DNA of 64,000 nt, from contig JBLXEV010000002.1 of the NCBI GenBank assembly GCA_048262715.1, positions 333,829 to 397,828 on the forward strand, written 5' to 3'. Made by a program: the position numbers and the translations under genes. The stretch is from Paracoccaceae bacterium (lineage in GTDB: Bacteria > Pseudomonadota > Alphaproteobacteria > Rhodobacterales > Rhodobacteraceae). The notes beneath the pieces are model-generated. The model was not told the DNA's origin. It worked only from the letters and a program-made list of their open reading frames with translations, and did not search any database. The stretch's first letter is position 1. The number at the start of each line of letters is the position of its first letter. Below, piece after piece: positions 28,921 through 40,600 of this stretch.

Positions 28921-29319
28921 CTAGCTGCGATCAGGGACTTCGATAATGCCGAAGTCGAGCCGCGGGAATCGGCTGCCGACCTCCTCGCAAATCAGCCGCG
29001 CATTCGGGACCGGGCGTGAAAACGCCCTGATCCGCCCGCTGTAGCCGAGATCAATCAGTTTGGCCGTGAGATCGAAGACATCAAGGCCTTTGCCAAACAG
29101 CGGCACCATCACCACATCCGGCGAGACCTCCTCCAACACTGCGCGGGACAATTTGCAGCCGTCCGTCACCACGACTTGCGCCCCGATGACAGAACGTAAA
29201 GCGGGGGGAATCTCATGCAACGGGTCCACCACCAGAATACGGCGGGTCACATTATTTTCGCGCGCAAATTGCGCGGCGATAGATGTGTAAACTGTGCCGC
29301 CAAATGGGGTGATGGCCAT
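28921..29319 (-). CDS. Receiver-like (pseudo-receiver) single-domain protein
   Basis: 132 aa. RILVVDP...PDVVMVPLFGKGLDVFDL aligns by eye with the receiver pattern xxILVVDD...PDLVLLDLxMPGMDGxEL, with Pro where the phospho-acceptor Asp is expected. Confidence 0.5.
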   Translation of the reverse strand: MAITPFGGTVYTSIAAQFARENNVTRRILVVDPLHEIPPALRSVIGAQVVVTDGCKLSRAVLEEVSPDVVMVPLFGKGLDVFDLTAKLIDLGYSGRIRAFSRPVPNARLICEEVGSRFPRLDFGIIEVPDRS

Positions 29320-29695
29320 ATTACTTCCTGAAAACAGTCAGCGGCTTCGCGACAATGACCTTTGTTAATATTTCGAATAAGCCTAGCAAGCAGTGCGTTG
29401 CGCGGCAAGTTTCAACCCGTGATTGTTTGGGCTAAATTGTCATAATTCATCAGAAATTCCGAGGGATCCCCAATTTTGTGATCTGGCAAGAGGCCGATCA
29501 CGCGTCTTCTTACAGGCCCGCTGCAAAGAGTTCCTTCAGCAGGGGACAGTTGCAGACCTTTCGCCTCAGTCCCGCTGGTTATTATCACCCTTGAAGCGGC
29601 TGGTGTCAGATGCACGCGCAAACGTCACGCCTCTGTCACGTTCATCACCTTGATTTCTCCAAGGCGAGCGGCAATTGTGCCGCGGGAGGCGCGAT

Positions 29696-30730
29696 ATGGA
29701 TATGATTTCAACAGAGGCGGTGCTTGCGGGCATCCCCAGCCCGACATTGCTGATCGATGGCAATGAGCGGATCGCGCAGATGAATGCGGCGGCTATCGCG
29801 CATTTCGGCCCGGTCACGGGGCGGAGTTTTGTGACGGTGCTGCGCAATCCGGGCCTGCTGGAGGCGCTGACGGCGGCGCTTGCGGGCGAGGGCGCGCGCG
29901 AGCTCCGAGTGGTGTCGGTTTCGGTCTCACGGGTGGAAACGCCAATGCTGGTGCGGGTGACGCCGCTCAAAGGGTCGGCCTGCGTGATGCTGGTGTTCGA
30001 GGATCTGTCCGAGGTGGAAACCGCCGAGGCGATGCGCCGCGATTTCGTCGCCAATGTCAGCCATGAGCTGCGTACACCTCTGACGGCGCTGATGGGGTTT
30101 ATCGAGACGCTGCGCGGGGCGGCGCGCGATGATCCGGCGGCGCGCGAGCGGTTCTTGTCGATCATGGAACGCGAGGCCTTGCGGATGAATCGCCTCGTTG
30201 GCGATCTGCTCTCGCTCAGCCGTGTCGAGGCAGAAGAACGGCGACGGCCGGAGCATCCGGTCGATCTCGCGCTGGTGGTGCAATCGGTGATGCAATCGCT
30301 CCGCCCGCAGGCGGAAGCCGCCAAGGTGGTGTTGGAGCGCACCGGCGAGGCGGGGCCGCTCAAACTGCCCGCAGACCCTGATCAAATCACGCAAGTTCTC
30401 ACCAATCTTGTTGAAAATGCGATGAAATATGGCGGCACGGGCGGGCGGGTCGAGATTTGCCTCAAGCGCGTCGCGCATGAGCCCGTACTGCGCGGTGCGG
30501 CGATTTCGGTGGAGGTGCGCGATTTCGGCGATGGCATCGCGCCGCAGCATATCGCGCGGCTCACCGAGCGGTTCTACCGTGTCGATACGCATCGCTCGCG
30601 CGAGCAGGGCGGCACGGGGCTGGGGCTAGCGATTGTCAAACATATCGTCGCGCGCCATCGCGGACGGCTGCGGATCACCTCGGAAGTCGGCAAAGGCTCC
30701 TGCTTCGCAATCCTGCTGCCGGAGAGCTGA
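29696..30730 (+). CDS. Sensor histidine kinase, PhoR-like (PAS + HisKA + HATPase_c), with no evident TM segment
   Basis: Has H-box FVANVSHELRTPLTAL, an N box (NLVENAMKY), DFGDGI and GGTGLGLAIVKH. GGGAGG lies 6 nt before the ATG at 29696. Confidence 0.85.
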   Translation: MDMISTEAVLAGIPSPTLLIDGNERIAQMNAAAIAHFGPVTGRSFVTVLRNPGLLEALTAALAGEGARELRVVSVSVSRVETPMLVRVTPLKGSACVMLVFEDLSEVETAEAMRRDFVANVSHELRTPLTALMGFIETLRGAARDDPAARERFLSIMEREALRMNRLVGDLLSLSRVEAEERRRPEHPVDLALVVQSVMQSLRPQAEAAKVVLERTGEAGPLKLPADPDQITQVLTNLVENAMKYGGTGGRVEICLKRVAHEPVLRGAAISVEVRDFGDGIAPQHIARLTERFYRVDTHRSREQGGTGLGLAIVKHIVARHRGRLRITSEVGKGSCFAILLPES

Positions 30731-30826
30731 GCGCAAGGCGGGCGCGGATCAAGCGGCAAGCTCCCGCCGCCCCAATCTGAGTGTTCCCGATCCCGCTAGA
30801 CATGGGCGCTAGAGCCGCTACTCTAG

Positions 30827-32497
<1,671 letters not shown>

Positions 32498-32665
32498 TCG
32501 CCGGGACATTATATCGGGCGAGGATGATACCAAGCTGCAGCAGGCCCGTAGATCACGGCTGGGGCAGGGCGCCGATTTGCACCAGTGCCTGTCGGCGCCT
32601 CTAAATTTAAATATTATATATCAATTCGTTATAAGTGAACCGTGGACGATGAAGGTGTTTCAGAC

Positions 32666-33817
32666 ATGACGATGAGTCACGCCGCAACGCTTGGGGTAAA
32701 AGAGCAAATGGCGACACGGATCGCGCTCTTTACTGCCGGGGCAGTGCTCGCCTCTTGGGCGCCTATCGTGCCCTATGTCAAAACGGGCGCCGCTCTGGAT
32801 GACGCGGCACTGGGCCTGCTGCTCCTTTGTCTCGGCGGCGGCTCGATCGTCGCGATGCCGCTCTCAGGGGCGATGGCGCAGCGGTTCGGCTGTCGCGCAG
32901 TCATCGCCGCCGGCTCCACGGCCTTCATCCTGATGCTGCCGATATTAGCTATGGTGCCATCGATATTCACGCTGGCTGTCGCGCTCTTCATTTTCGGCGC
33001 AGGGATCGGTACGGTCGATTGCGTTGCCAATATTCAGGCCGTGATGGTTGAACGCGCCAGCGGACGCACGATGATGTCGGGGTTTCATGCGCTCTACAGC
33101 GTCGGCGGGCTCGTCGGGGCGGCGGTGACGACAGCAATGCTGGCGCTTGGCCTGACACCTTTTACCAGCGCGATTTTGGTCGCATTGGCTATCTTTGCGC
33201 TCGCGCTCTACGCCTTTCCCGGACATCTCCCGTATGGTGCGCAAAGCACGCAGGGCACTGGCGGAAGTTTTGGGATTCCACGTGGAATCGTTATTGTTTT
33301 ATCAATCATGGCCTTCATCACCTTCATGGCGGAGGGCGCCGCACTGGATTGGGGCGCGGTGTTCCTCATCTCTGCGCGCGGCATTGATCCATCGGTCGCA
33401 GGGCTTGGCTTTATCAGTTTCTCCCTCGCGATGGTGATCGCGCGCTTCACGGGGGATCTGACCGTGGATGCGTTTGGGTCCACCAATGTTGTGCTGGCGG
33501 GCGGCGCGATGGCGGCACTTGGCATGGGGCTCGTCGCGCTCGGCGACCATTGGGCGCTGGCGCTTGTGGGGTTCGCAATCCTTGGAGCAGGCTGCGCCAA
33601 TATTGTTCCGGTGCTGTTCAGCGCAGCAGGCCGGCAAAAAATCATGCCCGAATCCGTGGCAATTCCTGTGCTCACAACGGTTGGATATTCCGGCGTTCTG
33701 ATCGGGCCCGGCCTGATAGGGTTCGCCGCAGAAGCAACATCGCTCCACGCGGCATTCCTCATTCTGGCTGCGCTTCTTGCCGTACTCGCCATCGGGGCGA
33801 AGGTTGCGCGGGTATAG
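32666..33817 (+). CDS. MFS transporter
   Basis: About 383 aa with roughly 12 hydrophobic segments and an AT-rich promoter region upstream. The start is chosen at the ATG at 32666, after GAAGG. Confidence 0.8.
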   Translation: MTMSHAATLGVKEQMATRIALFTAGAVLASWAPIVPYVKTGAALDDAALGLLLLCLGGGSIVAMPLSGAMAQRFGCRAVIAAGSTAFILMLPILAMVPSIFTLAVALFIFGAGIGTVDCVANIQAVMVERASGRTMMSGFHALYSVGGLVGAAVTTAMLALGLTPFTSAILVALAIFALALYAFPGHLPYGAQSTQGTGGSFGIPRGIVIVLSIMAFITFMAEGAALDWGAVFLISARGIDPSVAGLGFISFSLAMVIARFTGDLTVDAFGSTNVVLAGGAMAALGMGLVALGDHWALALVGFAILGAGCANIVPVLFSAAGRQKIMPESVAIPVLTTVGYSGVLIGPGLIGFAAEATSLHAAFLILAALLAVLAIGAKVARV

Positions 33818-33971
33818 AGACAATCAATCTTCGCTGAACAGATTTGACTGCGAAGGGCGCATAGATATCGCCTCTATCTCAGGATCAACATAATTCCCAT
33901 AATCAGTATTATGTAATTAATGTGTCTATACGGGGTTCATCTCATTCCTGAAAACCCCTCATAACACCTTG

Positions 33972-34940
33972 TTACGGAACGAGAACCGTCGATCCCATCG
34001 TTGCGCGCCCCTCCAGCGCATTCTGTGCGTCGCCAACATCCTCCAGCGTATATGGCTTCGACAGCGTTACCTTGATGGCACCGCTTGCGATCAGATCGAA
34101 CATCGCGCTTGAGGCTTGTGCCAGCCAGCCTTCGCGGGCTGTATGATGGAACAGCGTCGGCCGTGTGAGCCGCAAAGATCCGCGCGTCAGATCGTTGATC
34201 GTGAACTCTTTGCTCGGCCCGGAGCTTTGCCCGAAGGACACCAGAGTCCCGAAACGTTGCAACACATCGAGTGACCGCATCACCGTATCCGCGCCCACAG
34301 AGTCGTAGACCGCAGGCACGCCAGCGCCTTGCGTGATCTCCATGACCTTCGCTACGAAATCCTCCGAGCGGTAATCAATCACGTGGTCATAGCCATGCGT
34401 TTTCGCGAGCGCGCATTTCTCCGCGCCACCAGCGGTGCCGATCGTGGTGACACCCAGCGCTTTGAGCCATTGCCCCGCGATGAGCCCGACGCCGCCCGCC
34501 GCTGCGTGGAACAAAACCGTTTCCCCACGGGCTGCTGGATAGCTATGGGTAATCAGATAGTTGACCGTCAAACCTTTGAGCATCACCGCCGCCGCGACCT
34601 CATCCGAAATCGCATCCGGCAACACAACGGCCGCGCTTGCAGGAATGGCGCGGTGGCTTGCATAAGCGCCGCCGCCACCGATGACATAGGCCACCCGCGT
34701 GCCAATTTGCAGATCGACACCTTCGCCAACAGCCTCGATCACACCAGCCGCCTCGCCACCCGGAACGAAATTCGGCCCGACCGGATACAGCCCCGTGCGC
34801 TGGTAAATATCGATAAAATTAAGGCCTACGGCGGTTTGCCGGATCAGGATCTCGCCCTTGGCGGGCACAGGCATATCCATTTCGATCCGCGCGAGCTGAT
34901 CAATCCCGCCAGCGGCCTTAACGACGATTTTATAGGGCAT
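33972..34940 (-). CDS. NADPH:quinone oxidoreductase (zinc-type alcohol dehydrogenase superfamily)
   Basis: GGAGGAAGTA precedes the ATG at 34940, giving MPYKIVVKAAGGIDQL... GLNFIDIYQRTGLYP and AAGGVG are typical of Qor. The upstream extension to 35129 looks non-coding. Confidence 0.88.
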   Translation of the reverse strand: MPYKIVVKAAGGIDQLARIEMDMPVPAKGEILIRQTAVGLNFIDIYQRTGLYPVGPNFVPGGEAAGVIEAVGEGVDLQIGTRVAYVIGGGGAYASHRAIPASAAVVLPDAISDEVAAAVMLKGLTVNYLITHSYPAARGETVLFHAAAGGVGLIAGQWLKALGVTTIGTAGGAEKCALAKTHGYDHVIDYRSEDFVAKVMEITQGAGVPAVYDSVGADTVMRSLDVLQRFGTLVSFGQSSGPSKEFTINDLTRGSLRLTRPTLFHHTAREGWLAQASSAMFDLIASGAIKVTLSKPYTLEDVGDAQNALEGRATMGSTVLVP

Positions 34941-35158
34941 TACTTCCTCCAAAACATGAGGTGTCTCGCGTAAATCTCTGAAATACATGCAAAAATACAT
35001 TTCAGAGGTAACGGAAACACGCTGATTGGCGTCAGCTTCGCATCCCCCCAGCGCCGCGTCAATTCTCCGTTCAACGCCTGCTTTTCCTTGCGCTCGCGCG
35101 GCGGATTGGCGACATAGTGCTCCAAGCAACCCGCCTTTTACCGATAAGGGATACAGCC

Positions 35159-35857
35159 ATGGCTTTTGACCGTTCCATCAAGATCGCCCCGTCGATCCTC
35201 TCCGCCGATTTCGCGAATTTCGGTGCCGAATGTCAGGCCATCGAGGCGCAGGGCTGCGATTGGGTGCATGTGGACGTGATGGATGGCCATTTCGTGCCCA
35301 ATCTCACCTTCGGCCCTGCAACCTGCGCGGCGATCCGGCCCCATATCAAGGGCATCATGGATGTGCATTTGATGATCGCGCCTGTGGATCCCTATATCGA
35401 GGCGTTCGCGGCCTCCGGTGCGGATTTTATCACCGCGCATCTCGAGGCTGGTCCGCATATTCACCGCACCTTGCAAGCCATCCGCGCCTCGGGCGCAAAG
35501 GCTGGCCTCGCGCTCAATCCCGGCACAGGTCTGGCGGATGTGAAACACCTGCTCGATATGGTGGATCTGGTCTGCGTGATGACGGTTAACCCAGGCTTTG
35601 GTGGCCAAAAATTCATCCATTCCCAAGTGGATAAGGTGCGCGAGCTGCGGGCGATGATCGGTGACCGCCCGATCCATATCGAGATCGACGGCGGCGTGAC
35701 ACCGGAGACCGCGCCGCTGGTTGCGGGCGCGGGGGCAGATGTGCTGGTGGCGGGATCTGGCGTGTTCAAAGGCGGCTCGGTCAGCAACCCTGCCCCTTAC
35801 GGCGAGAATATCCGCGCGATCCGCGCCGCCGCCGAAGCCGCGCGGGCACAAGCGTGA
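35159..35857 (+). CDS. rpe: Ribulose-phosphate 3-epimerase
   Basis: The ATG at 35159 gives MAFDRSIKIAPSILSADFANFG. HVDVMDGHFVPNLT and VNPGFGGQKF are present. Confidence 0.93.
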   Translation: MAFDRSIKIAPSILSADFANFGAECQAIEAQGCDWVHVDVMDGHFVPNLTFGPATCAAIRPHIKGIMDVHLMIAPVDPYIEAFAASGADFITAHLEAGPHIHRTLQAIRASGAKAGLALNPGTGLADVKHLLDMVDLVCVMTVNPGFGGQKFIHSQVDKVRELRAMIGDRPIHIEIDGGVTPETAPLVAGAGADVLVAGSGVFKGGSVSNPAPYGENIRAIRAAAEAARAQA

Positions 35858-36573
35858 TGCAACCCGACCAAGGCGCACCCTGCCCCGTGATCTTCGATCT
35901 CGACGGAACGCTGATCGACAGCGCGCCCGATATTCATGCCGGCGTGAACCGCGTGCTGGTGGCGCATGGGTTTGATCCGCTCAGCTTCGCGCAGATCCGC
36001 AGCTTCATCGGGCGCGGCGTCGGTCATCTGATGGCGCAGGTGGTCGCGGCTTTGGGCAAAGATCCGGCAGGGCCGCTCACCGAGGAGCTGCTCGCCGCGT
36101 TTGAGGTGGAATATGAGAAGGCCGTCGATTTGACGGCGCCCTATCCGAATATGCGCGCCGCCCTCACCGCCTTGAAATCGGCGGGCCACCCGCTCGCGAT
36201 CTGCACCAACAAACCGCTGCGGCCCACGCTCGCAGTACTTGAACATCTCGCTCTGACCGATTGTTTTAAAACGATTATCGGTGGAGATTCTTTGCCCGTG
36301 AAAAAACCGGATCCCGCGCCGCTCCTCGCCGCACTCCAAGAGATCGAGAACGGCACGCCTGCGCTCTATGTCGGCGATAGCGAGGTCGATGCGGCCACGG
36401 CACAGGCGGCGGGCATGCCCTTCGCCCTCTATGCGAACGGCTATCGGAAGACCTCGGTTGAAGCGATCAAAGCCACCTACGGCATGGCCTATGTGTTCGA
36501 GGATTTTGCCGAGTTCCCGCAGATCGTCGAGCGGTTCGCCGCGCGCAGCATGAGCGCGAAAACCGACGCTTGA
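35854..36573 (+). CDS. gph: HAD-family phosphoglycolate phosphatase
   Basis: Has VIFDLDGTLIDS (DxDGT), CTNKP and GDSEVD motifs. It overlaps rpe by 4 nt. Confidence 0.8.
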   Translation: MMQPDQGAPCPVIFDLDGTLIDSAPDIHAGVNRVLVAHGFDPLSFAQIRSFIGRGVGHLMAQVVAALGKDPAGPLTEELLAAFEVEYEKAVDLTAPYPNMRAALTALKSAGHPLAICTNKPLRPTLAVLEHLALTDCFKTIIGGDSLPVKKPDPAPLLAALQEIENGTPALYVGDSEVDAATAQAAGMPFALYANGYRKTSVEAIKATYGMAYVFEDFAEFPQIVERFAARSMSAKTDA

Positions 36574-36655
36574 TCCTTGCGCGGATGCACGTAAACATGC
36601 GCCGAAATCACAGGTGCCCACGGGGCAACCGGCGCACTTTTGAAGGAGAGACAGG

Positions 36656-37090
36656 ATGGATTTGCGGCAGATCACGGAGGATTTCGCGGTAGCGCCGCAG
36701 ATCGAGATCGAGGATTTTACGGCGCTCGCCAATGCGGGGTTCCGCACGGTGATCAACAACCGCCCCGATGATGAGATCGACGACGCCCTCTCCTCCAAGC
36801 AAATGGCGCAGGCGGCGGCTGAGGCGGGGCTGGCCTATCACTATCTTCCCTACTTCCCGGGCGCGATGACGCCGGAGCTGGTCTCCGAGTTCGAGGCGCT
36901 CTTGGCGCGTGTTGAAGGGCCCGTCTTTGCCTATTGCCGCTCGGGCACCCGCTGCTCGCATCTTTGGTCGATGAGCCAAGCGGGGCATCGCGACACTGCT
37001 GAGATTATCGCATTGGCCGCAGAGGCCGGCTACGACAATCGCGCAATGGAAGGCCTTCTGAGCGCCTACGCAGCCAAACGCAGCACTTGA
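36656..37090 (+). CDS. TIGR01244-family (DUF442, phosphatase-like / sulfur transferase) protein
   Basis: 144 aa with VAPQI...GFRTVINNRPDDE...YLPY...AYCRSGTRC, a Cys-X5-Arg-type loop. Confidence 0.75.
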   Translation: MDLRQITEDFAVAPQIEIEDFTALANAGFRTVINNRPDDEIDDALSSKQMAQAAAEAGLAYHYLPYFPGAMTPELVSEFEALLARVEGPVFAYCRSGTRCSHLWSMSQAGHRDTAEIIALAAEAGYDNRAMEGLLSAYAAKRST

Positions 37091-37289
37091 TCTTCCCACA
37101 AAAGGGGCCAATCCGAGATTGATTCGGAATAGCCCGAGCGACAAAAAAAGAAGCATCAAAATAACATATTTACGCGACCTTAAATTTTAACCATCATCGT
37201 GACAAGAATGGCACAGGCCGCGCTCGGAACGGCGCATATTGCGCGCCCGACCCTGCGGCCTGAGCATCGAATTTAGTCATGGACGGTAT

Positions 37290-38186
37290 ATGTTAGATCA
37301 TTTGGAAAAACTCATCGGCGCGCGCAGCATCGATGGGCTTTGGGCTGCCTTTTCCGCAGCGATGAACGACTACGGATTTGATCGGGTTGTTTACGCATCC
37401 ACAAATTTCAGCACGGCGCAAGACTATGGCGCGCTCGACGATATCTTGGTGCTGACCAACCACTCCGACTCCTACATCAAAGGCTTTATCGGCGAGCGAT
37501 TGTTTGAACGCGGGCCGATGATACGTTGGTTCAAGAGCAATACCGGCGCCTGCCTTTGGAGTTGGATTCATGAAGAGGAGAGGCAAGGGCGCCTCACCCC
37601 AAGCGAGGCAGAAGTGGTGCGCTTCAATCTGAGCCATGGCGTGCGGGCGGGCGTCTCGATCAACTTCCCCGATACCCGCCGAAACACCGCAGCAGGCATC
37701 GCGCTCTGCGCACAGGCATCCTTATATCAGGAGGAGGTGGACCAACTCTGGGCCCTGCGCGGACGGGAAATCTTAATGCTCAACTCCGTCTTTCATATAC
37801 AAACCTCAACGATGCCCAATCCGACAGACCGTCGGCAATTGACAGATCGCCAGAAAGAAGCGCTCGAATGGGTCGGGGAGGGAAAAACCGCAGCAGCCAT
37901 CGCAACGATCATGGGCGTCGCCCCGGCAACAGTCGAAAAGCATCTGCGGCTGGCTCGCGAGGCGCTGAATGTGGAGACGACCGCACAGGCAGTCCTCAAA
38001 GCCTCCATGCAAAAGCACATCTTTTCGATCCCGATCACCTCTCGCTGCTCCCCTGCCCCGACGCCCAAAGCCGTCACGGCAATCGCCCTTCGATACGCGA
38101 CGACGATGGAAGAATCACAGAGCACGCCAGCGAATACGAATACGCCAGCGCGCCGCAATGAAGCGACAAAGCTCTCCTTAGAGTAG
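37290..38186 (+). CDS. LuxR-family regulator (autoinducer-binding-type N-domain + GerE HTH), solo, with C-terminal extension
   Basis: The ATG at 37290 gives MLDHLEKLIGARS... The HTH reads LTDRQKEALEWVGEGKTAAAIATIMGVAPATVEKHLRLAREAL. About 50 residues follow the normal end of the family. No luxI-like gene is adjacent. Confidence 0.8.
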   Translation: MLDHLEKLIGARSIDGLWAAFSAAMNDYGFDRVVYASTNFSTAQDYGALDDILVLTNHSDSYIKGFIGERLFERGPMIRWFKSNTGACLWSWIHEEERQGRLTPSEAEVVRFNLSHGVRAGVSINFPDTRRNTAAGIALCAQASLYQEEVDQLWALRGREILMLNSVFHIQTSTMPNPTDRRQLTDRQKEALEWVGEGKTAAAIATIMGVAPATVEKHLRLAREALNVETTAQAVLKASMQKHIFSIPITSRCSPAPTPKAVTAIALRYATTMEESQSTPANTNTPARRNEATKLSLE

Positions 38187-38640
38187 AGCATCGTTCCAAA
38201 AACTCTCTCATTTGGGAAGGCCTTGCATCGATTTCGGGGCCTTTCCCGCATTATTGTTGCCCAAATGCTTCGATTACGCTGACGTTAGGGTAAGTTTTTC
38301 AATGCCTGACTGGATTACGTCGCGGAAATCGGTCATATTGTGCAAGTTCCATGAGTGGTGGCTTCGGCCAGCGGAACTGGGGTTCGCCCCATCGGGTAAC
38401 CGGGATGTGGTCTGCGTTTTTTGGTGTGGTGTGTTATGTATTTGCAGACCACGACCGGTTTCCACGGGGCGATATGGGTTCACCCCCGCCCCGAGCGCGC
38501 GCGCGCGCAGCCTTTAAACTCAACTTCTCAAACCGATTGAACAGCAGGTGACCGCGGCATTCCGTCGTGCGCCGCCTGCGTCGCGCCTGAGCGCCCTCGC
38601 CTCGGGAAAATATCTGCGCAGATCACATGAGACGGCCCCC

Positions 38641-38675
38641 GCAAACAAAAACGCCGCCCCGAAGGACGGCGTTTT
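38641..38675 (-). terminator. Intrinsic terminator downstream of tsf
   Basis: The reverse strand reads AAAACGCCGTCCTTCGGGGCGGCGTTTTTGTTTG. Confidence 0.8.
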
Positions 38676-38694
38676 CAGGTAGATTTTGGGAGGA

Positions 38695-39573
38695 TTAAGC
38701 GCCAGCCATCGTCTTTGCGACTTCAGCGGCGAAATCTTCTTTCTCGACCACGATGCCTTCACCGACTTCGACACGTGCGAAGGAGAGAATCTCCACGCCA
38801 GCTTCTTTAGCCGCTTGGCCAACAGTGATATCGGGGTTGATGACGAATTTCTGGTTCAGAAGCGTGACTTCTTCCAGGAACTTCTGCATCCGGCCCACGA
38901 TCATTTTCTCGATCACAGCTTCCGGCTTGCCGGATTCGCGTGCGATGTCGATCTGAACTTGGCGCTCTTTCTCGACCACTGCTGGCGAGAGATCCGCTTC
39001 CGAGAGCGAGGCAGGGTTGGTCGCAGCGATGTGCATCGCAACTTGCTTGCCGAAGGCCTCGTTGTCAGCCGAGAGCGCAACCAGAACACCGATTTTGCCC
39101 ATGTTCGGCGCAGCAGCGTTGTGCACATAGGACACCACGGAGGTGCCTTCGATGCGCGCCATGCGACGGATCGTCATGTTCTCGCCGATGACTGCAACAG
39201 CCTCGGTCACGACGGTCTCAACGGTTTTGCCGTTCAGATCAGCCGCTTTGAGCGCGTCAACGTCCGAAACGGTCAGCGCAACACCAGCGATGCTCGCAAC
39301 CATTTTTTGGAAGTCAGCGTTCTTGCCAACGAAGTCGGTTTCCGAGTTCACTTCAACCGCAACACCAACGCCGCCCTGCACTGCGACAGCCGTCAGACCC
39401 TCTGCAGCCACACGGCCGGATTTCTTCGCGGCTTTCGCAAGACCCTTGGTACGCAGCCAATCAACAGCGGCTTCCATGTCGCCATCGGTCTCGGTCAGCG
39501 CTTTTTTCGCGTCCATCATGCCTGCGCCGGTGGATTCGCGCAGTTCTTTCACCATAGCTGCGGTGATTGCCAT
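38695..39573 (-). CDS. tsf: Translation elongation factor Ts
   Basis: The ATG at 39573 gives [26 protein letters not shown]..., the canonical EF-Ts N-terminus. Confidence 0.95.
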   Translation of the reverse strand: MAITAAMVKELRESTGAGMMDAKKALTETDGDMEAAVDWLRTKGLAKAAKKSGRVAAEGLTAVAVQGGVGVAVEVNSETDFVGKNADFQKMVASIAGVALTVSDVDALKAADLNGKTVETVVTEAVAVIGENMTIRRMARIEGTSVVSYVHNAAAPNMGKIGVLVALSADNEAFGKQVAMHIAATNPASLSEADLSPAVVEKERQVQIDIARESGKPEAVIEKMIVGRMQKFLEEVTLLNQKFVINPDITVGQAAKEAGVEILSFARVEVGEGIVVEKEDFAAEVAKTMAGA

Positions 39574-39680
39574 TTTGGCTCTCCTCGAATGAGTTAATGA
39601 GGCAGGGGTAACCCTACCCCGTATCAGGGATATGACAAGCGATGTGACGAGAGGCGCCGCGGGGGCGCCTCTCAAATCAC

Positions 39681-40439
39681 TCAGGCTTCTGCAACGGCTT
39701 CTTCAACCGGAGTGTCTTCCAGAGCGCCCAGATCAACGCCAGCAGCGCCCATCTGTGCGGTCATGCCGTCCAGCGCTGCGCGCGAGACGAGATCGCAGTA
39801 GAGAGCGATCGCGCGGGCCGCATCGTCGTTGCCCGGGATGATGTAGTCAACGCCTTTGGGCGAGCAGTTGGTGTCAACCACGGCCACAACCGGGATGCCC
39901 AGCTTTTGCGCTTCCAAGATGGCCAGGTCTTCTTTGTTCACGTCGATGATGAACAGAAGATCCGGAAGGCCGCCCATGTCGCGGATGCCACCCAAGGACG
40001 CTTCGAGCTTGATCTGCTCGCGTTCCATGCCGAGGCGCTCTTTCTTGGTGAGGCCTTCTGCACCGTTCGCCATCACTTCGTCGATTTGCTTGAGGCGCGA
40101 GATCGACTGGGAAACGGTTTTCCAGTTGGTCAGCGTGCCACCGAGCCAGCGGTGGTTCATGTAATATTGTGCGCATTTCTCAGCAGCTTCAGCGATTTGC
40201 TTCGCCGCTTGGCGCTTGGTGCCGACGAAGAGAACGCGGCCGCCTTTTGCAACGGTGTCGCGGACAGCTTGCAAAGCAGCGTCCAGCATCGGCACGGTTT
40301 GCGTCAGATCGAGGATGTGGATCCCGTTGCGCTCGCCGTAGATGAACTCGCCCATGCGGGGGTTCCAGCGTTGCGTTTGGTGACCGTAGTGAACGCCAGC
40401 TTCGAGGAGCTGACGCATCGAGAATTCGGGAAGCGCCAT
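39681..40439 (-). CDS. rpsB: 30S ribosomal protein S2
   Basis: The ATG at 40439 gives [29 protein letters not shown]..., the canonical S2 sequence. Confidence 0.95.
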   Translation of the reverse strand: MALPEFSMRQLLEAGVHYGHQTQRWNPRMGEFIYGERNGIHILDLTQTVPMLDAALQAVRDTVAKGGRVLFVGTKRQAAKQIAEAAEKCAQYYMNHRWLGGTLTNWKTVSQSISRLKQIDEVMANGAEGLTKKERLGMEREQIKLEASLGGIRDMGGLPDLLFIIDVNKEDLAILEAQKLGIPVVAVVDTNCSPKGVDYIIPGNDDAARAIALYCDLVSRAALDGMTAQMGAAGVDLGALEDTPVEEAVAEA

Positions 40440-40600
40440 TATATTGGTCCTTTTCCGGTTTAAACCTGAGCGGGGGATGAGGGCTAAACCCAACCGGTGG
40501 ACTTTCAAGGATGTCTCCCCTGAGAGCCCGCCCCCGCCTGTGAAGTGCGCGCGGGATAGCGCGGTTTGACCTGTGCTGCAAGGCTGAAATGCGGCCCCAA

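Noticed and set aside
29625-29645. Pho-box-like sequence CTGTCAC-GTT-CATCACC upstream of the PhoR-like kinase
   Set aside because: Only one half-site matches the CTGTCAT consensus, and the spacing to the second is wrong (3 nt rather than 4). It is noted only as a weak hint.
38212-38517. 101-aa ORF and other short ORFs in the 500-bp gap after the LuxR solo (searched for a luxI remnant)
   Set aside because: The translations (Cys/Trp/Arg-rich) show no LuxI-like motifs, the ORFs overlap each other in several frames, and the region has lower GC. I treated it as non-coding.
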